This document shows positions 19,094 through 28,176 of a stretch of DNA of 64,000 nucleotides, piece by piece (positions within the stretch are counted from its first letter, which is position 1; each line of letters opens with the position of its first letter). A program made the translations under genes and the position numbers. Under the pieces are notes generated by a model. The model made no database searches. It was given only the letters and a program-made list of their open reading frames with translations, and had not been told where the DNA came from. The stretch is from positions 393,471-457,470 of the forward strand of contig JAJYMK010000003.1 in assembly GCA_021786945.1 (NCBI GenBank). The letters run 5' to 3'. Source of the stretch: a bacterium (lineage in GTDB: Bacteria; Patescibacteriota; Minisyncoccia; UBA6257; 02-FULL-45-10c).

Positions 19094-21169
19094 ATGGCTT
19101 TTGTACCCAAAAAAAATATTTCCGGAAAACTTCACGACATCAAACATGACTCAAAGAAAAAATACCCGTCAACCGAAAAAAACGGAAAATTTTTATTTTC
19201 AAATAAAAAAAGCGGGGCTGCCAACAAAAAAAGTAAAAAATATCTGATAAGTGCAATATTTTTAATCATTATAATTTCTGCAAGTGTTTATTTTTTGTCC
19301 ATAAAAAATTCTATCGGAAACTCCATCAATTATATAAGGTACCAAATGCAAATTCTGAAAGAATCAGTTTTTAACACACAAACTTCAGAAATGTCCGATT
19401 CCCTGAATGCTATAAATTCGGAAATTCAAAACATGGGAACTAAAGCCAATAATTACGGAGTTATGGAGCTTCTCGGAATAATCGGCCAATTCAACAGCTC
19501 GCTCAAAGAAATCCCAGGAGCTTTCAATAGTATTTCCGCAATAAGCCAGAAATCAGCTCAAATTGCCGCAAATATAGATTATTTAAAAAATAATGCGCTT
19601 GGAATGATATTCGGCCAAAAAGGTGCGGAACTTACGGAAAAACTGGATTCCCTGGAAACAAATCTGGACTCACTTGAAAAACTTACAACAGAATTCAAAA
19701 GTCAGGCTCTCAAAATAAAAGATCTTAATTATAATTTAACCTCAATTTATAAAAATTTTGATGACAACTACCTTTCAATTGTATTAAGCGTATATAAAGC
19801 TAAAGAGTTAGTTTCGGCTCTTAACACTTTAATTAAATCTCCCGATGATACAAGAATATTATTACTTTTCCAGAACCCAACAGAAATCAGGCCGGCGGGA
19901 GGATTTATCGGCAGTTTCGGATACATAACTTTGAATCAAGGAAGTATAAAAGAAATAAAAATAGACGATATTTACAATGCCGACAGGCAACTAAATATTA
20001 AAGTTGCTCCACCTAGGCAGCTAAGCGCTATTACAACCGAATGGGGGGCTAGGGATGCCAACTGGTTTTTTGACTTCCCTGTTTCCGCACAAAAAGTTTC
20101 TTATTTCCTGGAAAATTCAAAATTATTCAATGATGATCAAATCAAATTCGAAAATGTGATAGCCATAAACACTAACTTTTTTAAATCTCTTATAGATATA
20201 ACCGGCCCAATAGAAATACCTCAGTATGAACTTACCATAAATAGTGATAATTTTTTGCAAGAACTTCAATATGAAGTGGAGGCCGGACAAGATAAAAAAC
20301 CGGGACAAAATCCAAAGAAAATTCTCTCGGTTTTAACACCGCTTCTTATGGATAAAATAAAAAACCTGGACGATAACGGAAAAATAAAAATGGTGAATGA
20401 AATTAAAAGATCTGTAGAGCAAAAAGATATAATGGCATTTTCCGTTAATGATGACCTGCAAAAAATATTCAGGCAATACGGATTATCCGGAGAACCTTTT
20501 GTAATTCCCAAATATTTTAGCGGTGATTATCTTGCCATAATTAACACAAACGTTGCCGGAGGAAAAAGTGACGCATTTATAAATCAACAAATACTGCTTC
20601 AAAGCCAAATTACCGAAGACGGAACAATCTACAACAACCTCTCCATATCCAGAACGCATTCCGGACAAAATGAGAAAGATTGGTGGTACAAATCGACCAA
20701 TAAAGATTTTATTAAAATTTGGCTGCCTTTAAATTCAGAAATTTTAAACGTATCAGGAAACAACGACTCTCCATATACATATATAAATCCGGCCAAAACA
20801 TTATTGAGAGACAACGATCTTAAAAATATGGAAAATACCTACATCTACAATGAAGATTATAAAATTTCCGAAGGGGAAGAAAATTATAAAAAATCCGTAG
20901 CAACTTGGATGACCACACCAGCGGGTAAAACCAAAGAATTAAAAATAACCTATAAAGAAAATAAGATTCTGGATATTAAGGACGGAGCGCAATTTAATTT
21001 CGTATTCGATAAGCAATCCGGGGTTCAAGGCTCTCTAGAGTATGAAATCATAGCTCCTCCCGGCTATATTTGGGCGGAATCCAAAAACACGAAATTTTCT
21101 TACGGAACACAGGATCCGCTTTACAGGGAAGGTATAAAGCTGACACTTAAACAAAACCTACCTCAATAA
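19094..21169 (+). CDS. DUF4012-domain membrane-anchored protein
   Basis: LLFQNPTEIRPAGGFIGSFG, RDANWFFDFP.SA, NVAGGKSD; N-terminal TM and coiled region. Confidence 0.85.
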   Translation: MAFVPKKNISGKLHDIKHDSKKKYPSTEKNGKFLFSNKKSGAANKKSKKYLISAIFLIIIISASVYFLSIKNSIGNSINYIRYQMQILKESVFNTQTSEMSDSLNAINSEIQNMGTKANNYGVMELLGIIGQFNSSLKEIPGAFNSISAISQKSAQIAANIDYLKNNALGMIFGQKGAELTEKLDSLETNLDSLEKLTTEFKSQALKIKDLNYNLTSIYKNFDDNYLSIVLSVYKAKELVSALNTLIKSPDDTRILLLFQNPTEIRPAGGFIGSFGYITLNQGSIKEIKIDDIYNADRQLNIKVAPPRQLSAITTEWGARDANWFFDFPVSAQKVSYFLENSKLFNDDQIKFENVIAINTNFFKSLIDITGPIEIPQYELTINSDNFLQELQYEVEAGQDKKPGQNPKKILSVLTPLLMDKIKNLDDNGKIKMVNEIKRSVEQKDIMAFSVNDDLQKIFRQYGLSGEPFVIPKYFSGDYLAIINTNVAGGKSDAFINQQILLQSQITEDGTIYNNLSISRTHSGQNEKDWWYKSTNKDFIKIWLPLNSEILNVSGNNDSPYTYINPAKTLLRDNDLKNMENTYIYNEDYKISEGEENYKKSVATWMTTPAGKTKELKITYKENKILDIKDGAQFNFVFDKQSGVQGSLEYEIIAPPGYIWAESKNTKFSYGTQDPLYREGIKLTLKQNLPQ

Positions 21170-21868
21170 AAAGCTTTTCAGCTCTTTGGGCAGCTTAGCT
21201 TCAAATTTAAGAATCTTTCCTTTTTTGTCCTTAAATTCTATGACTGCAGCATGAAGAAATTGCCTGCCTAATTCCGGAAACAAATCTTTTTTCCTGCCGT
21301 ATAATTTATCGCCCACGACCGGACAATGTATCGAAGCCAAATGAACTCTAATTTGATGTGTTCGTCCTGTTTTAGGAAAAACCCTCAATAAAGTTAAGTC
21401 CTGATTTTTTATTTTTAGTCTTTTTTCTACTTCGAAATCGGTAATTGCTTCCTTAACCATTTTTGCACTATGCACACTTCTTCTAGTTGTACCGCTTTTT
21501 ATTCCTATTGGTTTGTTTATTATCCCCTTCTCATTTTTTACAATACCGTAAACCAGAGCTAAGTAAGTTTTCCTTACTTCGTGCTTTTGAAAAAGCTTTT
21601 TAAAGTATTCAAAATAGTTATTATTAAGCGGAATAATCATCAGTCCCGAAGTCTCTTTATCTAGACGATGAACTATACCCGGACGATTTCTTGTATCGTC
21701 GCCCACATTTTTAACCTGAGGATAATTTTCTAAAAGCCAATCAACTAAAGTCTCTTCGTCTCTGTTCAAATCTTCCCGATTCAAAACAGACCTATGGACT
21801 AAAAGTCCAGCGGGCTTATTTATTATTAAAAAATTTTTATTTTGGGAAATTATTTCTGGTTTCAGCAT
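21158..21868 (-). CDS. RluA/RluD-family pseudouridine synthase
   Basis: INKPAGL.VH, RPGIVHRLDKETSG, GRTHQIRVH. Confidence 0.95.
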   Translation of the reverse strand: MLKPEIISQNKNFLIINKPAGLLVHRSVLNREDLNRDEETLVDWLLENYPQVKNVGDDTRNRPGIVHRLDKETSGLMIIPLNNNYFEYFKKLFQKHEVRKTYLALVYGIVKNEKGIINKPIGIKSGTTRRSVHSAKMVKEAITDFEVEKRLKIKNQDLTLLRVFPKTGRTHQIRVHLASIHCPVVGDKLYGRKKDLFPELGRQFLHAAVIEFKDKKGKILKFEAKLPKELKSFLLR

Positions 21869-21913
21869 AATTTAAAATATAATTTAATTTTACCAAAAAA
21901 GAAAAGGGCGCCG

Positions 21914-22756
21914 TTAGGCGCCCTTTATTGTATTGAACCATGAGCTTATTTCAGCAATGCTGGAACATCGCACGCTGCGGTTCTTATCGCGATAATATTC
22001 AATCTCGTTGAATTTACCGCGCTCCTTCCAGTTGTACTTATAGGGAGTGTAGATCCCGAAAAACCATAACCTCATGCCTATTTCTACGTCTTCTTTGTAT
22101 GTGTCGCCGACGCAGTAATAATGCAAGGCGGGATTTTTTCTTTTTATTTCCTTAATCTTGGCATTCTTGTGATTCGGAACCACGAAAAATCCGTCACAAT
22201 AAGCCATAATCCCCGCTTTCTCCAATGCCTTTCTTTTATCACCCTGGATCTCGTCGTCACCCTTGGTGAGAATGAAGATTTTTTCATCCAAGTTCTTAAG
22301 GAACTTGAACAAAGGAAGAACCTCCGGCCTTATAGCCTTAGGATATCTTTCCTTTAAAAAAACCCCCTTTCCAATAGCGCTTAATTTCTGAGCTATTTTC
22401 CTATCGAATTTAACATTCGCCTCTTTACAAAAATACTTATAGCATCTGACGAGAGAAAGAGGAAAACGCGATTTGTGAAGAAGATACGGCTTTTGTGTAC
22501 GAGGATTTATGTCGTACATCATACCAAGATCCAGATCGTGCTGCTTATCCAGAATTTTAACAACTGAAAACTTCCCGTTAAAAATACTGAAAAGCTCTCT
22601 GGAAAACTCATCCAAGGCACGCTCGTAAAAAACTCCCGTATCCATTAAAGGGCCATCGAGGTCAAAAACCCAGACGCCCCTCTCAGCCTTCCAGAAAAAT
22701 AAAACACATCTTATCCTTCTCAAAAGCTTCTCCCACCACGGAAGATTCGGATTCAT
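21914..22756 (-). CDS. HAD-superfamily hydrolase (divergent)
   Basis: FDLDGPL (motif I), LTKGD (II), VGDTYKED (IV). Start placed at MNPNL after AGGGGG. Confidence 0.8.
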   Translation of the reverse strand: MNPNLPWWEKLLRRIRCVLFFWKAERGVWVFDLDGPLMDTGVFYERALDEFSRELFSIFNGKFSVVKILDKQHDLDLGMMYDINPRTQKPYLLHKSRFPLSLVRCYKYFCKEANVKFDRKIAQKLSAIGKGVFLKERYPKAIRPEVLPLFKFLKNLDEKIFILTKGDDEIQGDKRKALEKAGIMAYCDGFFVVPNHKNAKIKEIKRKNPALHYYCVGDTYKEDVEIGMRLWFFGIYTPYKYNWKERGKFNEIEYYRDKNRSVRCSSIAEISSWFNTIKGA

Positions 22757-22934
22757 ATATCCCCCTACCAATATTTGAGATTTTAAAGAACTTATCCTAA
22801 CTTGATTCTAAACACAAAATAAAATGCTTTGCAATAGAAAACCCGCGCTTTAAGCGCGGGTAAAAACAAACATAAGAAAATTAAGATTTAAATAAATTTA
22901 TTCTTTTAAATCTATTAATAGAACAATCTAAAGA

Positions 22935-23282
22935 TTATTTTTGTTTCGCTACTTTAGAAGTAGTAATATAAGAATTTAAAACTCTGCCAATATCCCTCAT
23001 AGCCAGAATTCCAAGACCCAATAAAGCTAAAATAACAATCTTTTTTAGAATAGAAGTTGTCCAAAAAGCACGGAACATATAAATTGCCACCACTAAAGGA
23101 TTCTGAGCGCTGGCTAAAAATGCATTTTCAAAAACTTTTTGCACAAAAACCAATTTTCCCAAAAAGAATAAGGCCAGAACTAAGATAACAAGCTCAAATA
23201 CAAATAAAGGAATTATTCTCTTAAAAAGCCAGATAAAATAAACTTTCCAGGCTATTTTATTTTTTATAGTATTGTTTTCCAT
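22935..23282 (-). CDS. Two-TM hypothetical membrane protein downstream of the ECF sigma
   Basis: Two hydrophobic segments; starts 5 nt after the sigma gene stop. Confidence 0.7.
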   Translation of the reverse strand: MENNTIKNKIAWKVYFIWLFKRIIPLFVFELVILVLALFFLGKLVFVQKVFENAFLASAQNPLVVAIYMFRAFWTTSILKKIVILALLGLGILAMRDIGRVLNSYITTSKVAKQK

Positions 23283-23287
23283 ATTAT

Positions 23288-23860
23288 TTATATGTTTTCT
23301 TCGGCGATTTGTTTAAAAACTCTTTTTGCTCTGAACATTCTCATTTTTAAAGCTGGCATGGATATTTTTTCTATTCTGGCAATATCCTCGTAGGATCTAT
23401 CCTCAAAATAAAATAACTTCAAAACTCTGGCCAAATGCTCGGGCATTTTAGCGATAATTTTGGCAACCCCCTCCTTCATATCCTTTTCCAAGCCCAAATC
23501 ATTATTGGAAGACAGGGATGAATTATCTTCATATAAAACTGGGTCGAGGTACTCCGTGTTTCCTCTTTCTTTTTTCAATTTTTGATAATGAGTAATAGAA
23601 GTGTTTATTAAAATCCTGTAAGCCCAACTTTTGAATTCTATTCCCGGACGCTTTTCGAAATTTTTGGCGTATTTATAAATCTTAACGAAAGTTTCTTGGA
23701 CAATATCCTCGGCTTCTTCCAAGTTTTTAGTTATTCCTCTGGCCGCTCTCAAAAAAGCATCTTTATATTTATCCACTAAAAACGAAAAATAAGCCGGATC
23801 CTCTTGCGACAAAATCAAAATCTCGTCATCTCTCAAATTGTTGGAGTTTGGTAAATCCAT
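23288..23860 (-). CDS. ECF-type RNA polymerase sigma factor
   Basis: F..LV..Y, AEDIVQETFVK, FKSWAYRI..N; region 4 SYEDIA...K.R.FRA. Confidence 0.92.
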   Translation of the reverse strand: MDLPNSNNLRDDEILILSQEDPAYFSFLVDKYKDAFLRAARGITKNLEEAEDIVQETFVKIYKYAKNFEKRPGIEFKSWAYRILINTSITHYQKLKKERGNTEYLDPVLYEDNSSLSSNNDLGLEKDMKEGVAKIIAKMPEHLARVLKLFYFEDRSYEDIARIEKISMPALKMRMFRAKRVFKQIAEENI

Positions 23861-23878
23861 TTTTAAAATTTATATTTG

Positions 23879-23950
23879 TGCGCCCTACAGGGATCGAACC
23901 TATGACCTTTTGCGTGTCATGCAAACGCTCTACCACTGAGCTAAGGGCGC
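23879..23950 (-). tRNA. tRNA-Val(GAC)
   Basis: GCGCCCT...AGGGCGCA, anticodon arm TTTGC-ATGACAC-GCAAA. Confidence 0.95.
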
Positions 23951-23962
23951 AGCGACCGACTG

Positions 23963-24034
23963 TGGGTGTGGTAGGAATCGGACCTACGACCTCTGTCTTA
24001 TCAGGACAGCGTTCTACCACTGAACTACACACCC
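23963..24034 (-). tRNA. tRNA-Ile(GAT)
   Basis: GGGTGTG...CACACCCA, anticodon arm CTGTC-CTGATAA-GACAG; T arm reads GGTCCGATTCC. Confidence 0.93.
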
Positions 24035-24040
24035 ATAAAT

Positions 24041-24271
24041 CTACTTCTGCATTTTTTCTATTTCTAAGGACTTAATCTTATCTATATCAAACTTTACTAC
24101 TTGTCCCCCGGCCATCTTACCGGCATTAAGCACGTCATTTATTTTTGTAGCTAAAATATTTATCGAATAAAAGATAAATATAAAAACTACAATAAACATT
24201 AAAATGCCTAAACCCAAAAAAGTCAAATCCTGCTTATTCTTTAATTTTGATTTTATATTATTCAAGTCCAT
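24041..24271 (-). CDS. Small single-TM hypothetical protein
   Basis: 76-aa ORF with one TM helix, directly after the PilO-like gene. Confidence 0.7.
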   Translation of the reverse strand: MDLNNIKSKLKNKQDLTFLGLGILMFIVVFIFIFYSINILATKINDVLNAGKMAGGQVVKFDIDKIKSLEIEKMQK

Positions 24272-24276
24272 ATATT

Positions 24277-24795
24277 TTATCTAAAAAATACCTTACCGCT
24301 AATTGTTGCCGAATACCCCTGACCCTTCTTGGTTAAATCAACATTAACAATATCTATAAAATATCTCCCCCCCTCGACCCCTTTTATAAAATTAGAAACC
24401 GACTCATAAGGGCCAGTAACCAAAACCTTAAAATCAATTTTTCCCGGCTGATCACCAGATCCAATAGTCTCCTGGCCAAAAGTAAAGCCGAATTCAAGAT
24501 TATTTTTTCTGGCCATATCCTCTATTTCTTTAGAGAAAGATAATAATTGGTCGCGTGGGGGTAAAATATTTTCTAAAAAACTAAAATAAGGAGCGGCTTT
24601 ATCGGATTGACCGCGCAAAATAGCCAATGACTCCAAAGAATTTGATTTTGATGCCAAAGTAACATGCTGAAGTTTAATCTGGGAAAGCTTACTGTCCAAA
24701 TCGGACTGAAGCAAAAATACCATTACTATTAAAATAGTAATACCCAACAAATAGGCCCAATTACGCGTCAATAAATTTTTATAAAACTTATTCAT
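24277..24795 (-). CDS. Type IV pilus assembly PilO-like protein
   Basis: N-terminal TM, coiled coil, LP......F...IE..A....L and V.G.YE....FI..VE pattern. Confidence 0.7.
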   Translation of the reverse strand: MNKFYKNLLTRNWAYLLGITILIVMVFLLQSDLDSKLSQIKLQHVTLASKSNSLESLAILRGQSDKAAPYFSFLENILPPRDQLLSFSKEIEDMARKNNLEFGFTFGQETIGSGDQPGKIDFKVLVTGPYESVSNFIKGVEGGRYFIDIVNVDLTKKGQGYSATISGKVFFR

Positions 24796-24913
24796 TGCCC
24801 AATTTTTTTATATATATCTATTTTAACACAAAAAATTAAAATTTTTGTATATAAAGAGAAAAAGAATTTTTAGTAACAACGGGGATAAAAAATGTATGTA
24901 GTATAATAAAAAA

Positions 24914-25921
24914 ATGTCCGAAAAAAATTTTAAAGAAAAAATATATTATAACGCTATAAACATCGCTCTTAATGGTGACTACCGTAAAATAAAATCTATA
25001 AAATCTAATGATTGGGAAAATTCTTGGAAAAATATTAAAAACAACTTTACCAACATCGATCCTGATAAAGAATTTAAAAAACTTGAAGAGGCTAAGATAA
25101 AATTAATACTAGAGAACGAAGAAGATTTTCCTAAAGAACTAAAAGAGATGCCTTGGCCGCCCTTCGCCGTCTATATTCTAGGAAATTTAAAAATAAAAAA
25201 AGCGGTTGCGATTGTTGGTACAAGAAAAGCGACAAATGTAGGGAAAAATTTGGCAAGAAAAATTGCCAAAGATTTTGCAGAAAAAAGTTTTTCAATAATA
25301 AGCGGCTTGGCCATAGGAATAGATGAGGCATCTCATGCCGGATGTCTTGAGATCTGCGGACATACCGTTGGCGTCTTACCTACCGGACTAAAAAATATAT
25401 ATCCGAAACAAAACCAGGGCTTGGCGCAAAAAATACTCGAAAATGGAGGAGCGCTTTTGAGCGAATTTCCGTCCGAATACCATCCCTATGCTTCAAGTTT
25501 TATACAAAGAAACAGAATAATTAGCGCGTTAAGCCAAGCGATTATAATAATCGAGGCTCCGGAAAAATCAGGGGCCTTGGCTACAGCAAGATTTGCCCTC
25601 GAACAAAACCGTGAAATATTTGTAATTCCCGGTCCGGCGGAACACCCAAATTACAAAGGATCGCATAAATTAATAAGAGAAGGTGCCAGGCTGGTAACTA
25701 ATTCAAACGATATATTTGAGGATTTGGGCATAGAAATGGAAGAACCGAATCCAGAAAAATTATCGGAAAAAATAACTAGTGAAGAGCGAATTGTTTTAGA
25801 AGCTATAAACCAGACTGGTTGGCCGGCTTCTGTTGACAAAATATCTGAAATATCTAAAATCCAAGTACAAAAGATAAATCAAATAATTGCTTTCCTGACA
25901 ATTAAGGGCATACTTAAATAA
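24914..25921 (+). CDS. dprA: DNA-processing protein DprA
   Basis: AIVGTR, ISGLAIGID..H, F.QRNRIISALS, SGAL.TA..A.EQ.R, LIREGA; adjacent to topA. Confidence 0.96.
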   Translation: MSEKNFKEKIYYNAINIALNGDYRKIKSIKSNDWENSWKNIKNNFTNIDPDKEFKKLEEAKIKLILENEEDFPKELKEMPWPPFAVYILGNLKIKKAVAIVGTRKATNVGKNLARKIAKDFAEKSFSIISGLAIGIDEASHAGCLEICGHTVGVLPTGLKNIYPKQNQGLAQKILENGGALLSEFPSEYHPYASSFIQRNRIISALSQAIIIIEAPEKSGALATARFALEQNREIFVIPGPAEHPNYKGSHKLIREGARLVTNSNDIFEDLGIEMEEPNPEKLSEKITSEERIVLEAINQTGWPASVDKISEISKIQVQKINQIIAFLTIKGILK

Positions 25922-25938
25922 ACGTATCGAATAAAAAT

Positions 25939-28119
25939 ATGGCAACAGAAAATTCAAAAAGCTTAATAATTGTTGAAAGCCCGACAAAGGCTAAAACTAT
26001 TTCCAAATTCTTAAAAGGCCAATATATTATTGAGTCTTCTTTTGGTCATATTCGTGATTTACCCAAAAACAACAAAAAAGCCATTGATATAGAAGGCGGA
26101 TTTATTCCTCACTATGAAATATCTAAAGGAAAGGAGAAAGTTGTATCAGAAATAAAGAAGCTTTCAAAAAAAGCCGGAGAGGTTTTCCTGGCAACCGACC
26201 CTGATCGTGAGGGTGAAGCTATAGCCTGGCATATAAAAGAAACTTGTGGGTTGAAAAACCCGAAAAGAATCGTATTTCATGAAATCACCGAAAATGCCAT
26301 AAAGGAAGCCATAAACCATCCGCGTGAAATAGACGAAAATCTCAGAAAGGCCCAGGAGGCTAGAAGAATTTTGGACAGACTTGTAGGCTACGATCTGAGC
26401 GGCCTTATCTGGAAAAAAGTCCGCTACGGGCTTTCCGCCGGACGCGTACAATCCCCGGCCCTGCGCATAATTATGGAACGCGAACGCGAAATAAGAGCAT
26501 TTGTGCCCCAGGATTATTGGGTTATAACCGGCGAATTTGAAACCAAGAATAAAAATAAAATAGCACTAACTTGCGACGAACAGCCGACTGAAGAAAAAGA
26601 AACTGACAGGATTATTGAAACCGGAAAAAATAATTCCTGGCACATAACCGCAATAAAACAAACTGAAACAAAAAGATCTCCTCGCGCTCCGTTTACAACC
26701 TCAACGCTTCAGCAAGCCGCCAGCTCAAGACTCGGCTTTTCTCCTTCACGTACCATGACGGTTGCTCAAAAACTTTACGAACAAGGTCTTATTACCTATA
26801 TGAGAACCGACAGCGTAACGATCAGTAAAGAAGCTTTGCCGGTAATCTACAACCAGATAGAAAAAATGTTCGGCAAAGAATATGTCGAACCGAGATTCTA
26901 CAAAACAAAAAGTAAAAGCGCCCAGGAAGCCCACGAAGCCATAAGGCCCACAAATGCGGCCGTAAAAAATGCCGGGTCCAATACCGAGCAGGAAAAATTA
27001 TACAGACTTATCTGGGAAAGAACCGTTTCCTCCCAAATGGCCGACGCCAAAATCCTCAAAACAAAAGTTTCCGCCAATATCATTAAAGACGGAATAATAC
27101 CGGACTTTTCGGTTACCGGCAGCGTTACTGTTTTTGAAGGATGGCTGGCCGCCGACAAAGAAGCCCAAAGCGAAGAAATCCAGCTTCCAAATTTATCGGA
27201 AAAAGAAATACTGAAATTGATAACTATAAACAGCCAAAAGAAACAGACCGAGCCCCCGGGCCGATATACCGAAGCAGGGCTTGTAAAAGAACTAGAAAAA
27301 AGAGAAATAGGACGCCCGAGCACCTATGCGACAATCATCAAAACAATTAATGATCGCGGATATGTAACCAAAGAAGGTAAAACTCTCTTCCCTACCGCCA
27401 CGGGCGAAGTGGTGAGTACGTTCCTTGAAAATAATTTTGCTAAATATATCGGAGACTCATTCACGGCCGAAATGGAAAACGAACTCGATGAAATTGCTGA
27501 AGGTAAAATCGGTTACGAAAAAGTCTTAAAAGATTTTTATGGACCATTTCTTAAGGACGTAAAATCAAAAGAAAAAATAGAGAAAATAACCAATCTTGGC
27601 CAAGCTGATGAAAAATACAAATGTCCAGAATGCGGCGGGCCGATGGTTATAAAACTATCCAAAACCGGAAAATTTCTTAGCTGTGCCAAATTCCCTGATT
27701 GTACAGGTGCTAGAAAAGAAGATGGATCCATTATGGAGGGCCCGAAAGAAACCGGAGAAAATTGCCCGGAATGTAAAAATGGAAAACTCATTGAACGCGA
27801 GGGCCGCTTCGGCAAATTTATTTCCTGCAATAATTATCCAAAATGTAAATTTATTAAAAAAAGCGCCGAAGAAGAAGCTAAGGCTAAAACCGGGGTAACT
27901 TGTCCGGAATGTAAAAATGGTGAAATAGTTGAAAGACGCGGAAGATTTGGTCCATTTTATTCCTGCTCCAATTATCCAAAATGTAAATTTATAATAAAAT
28001 CCAGACCAACGGGTAAGGTATGTGAACTTTGCGGATCACTAATGATGGAGGGCACAAAAACTATTCCGGAACGCTGCTCTAATAAAGCCTGCCCTAATCA
28101 CAACCCTCATAAAAAATAA
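25939..28119 (+). CDS. topA: DNA topoisomerase I
   Basis: IVESPTKAKTI, ATDPDREGEAI, SAGRVQS, ITYMRTD; C-terminal zinc-ribbon repeats. Confidence 0.98.
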   Translation: MATENSKSLIIVESPTKAKTISKFLKGQYIIESSFGHIRDLPKNNKKAIDIEGGFIPHYEISKGKEKVVSEIKKLSKKAGEVFLATDPDREGEAIAWHIKETCGLKNPKRIVFHEITENAIKEAINHPREIDENLRKAQEARRILDRLVGYDLSGLIWKKVRYGLSAGRVQSPALRIIMEREREIRAFVPQDYWVITGEFETKNKNKIALTCDEQPTEEKETDRIIETGKNNSWHITAIKQTETKRSPRAPFTTSTLQQAASSRLGFSPSRTMTVAQKLYEQGLITYMRTDSVTISKEALPVIYNQIEKMFGKEYVEPRFYKTKSKSAQEAHEAIRPTNAAVKNAGSNTEQEKLYRLIWERTVSSQMADAKILKTKVSANIIKDGIIPDFSVTGSVTVFEGWLAADKEAQSEEIQLPNLSEKEILKLITINSQKKQTEPPGRYTEAGLVKELEKREIGRPSTYATIIKTINDRGYVTKEGKTLFPTATGEVVSTFLENNFAKYIGDSFTAEMENELDEIAEGKIGYEKVLKDFYGPFLKDVKSKEKIEKITNLGQADEKYKCPECGGPMVIKLSKTGKFLSCAKFPDCTGARKEDGSIMEGPKETGENCPECKNGKLIEREGRFGKFISCNNYPKCKFIKKSAEEEAKAKTGVTCPECKNGEIVERRGRFGPFYSCSNYPKCKFIIKSRPTGKVCELCGSLMMEGTKTIPERCSNKACPNHNPHKK

Positions 28120-28176
28120 TTTCGCTTTTGGGTAAATAGCGTTATATAATTAATCTGTCTTACAGGGAATATAACC

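Noticed and set aside
27610-28000. Repeated AATTATCCAAAATGTAAATTTAT in topA
   Set aside because: These are the normal tandem zinc-ribbon repeats of topoisomerase I.
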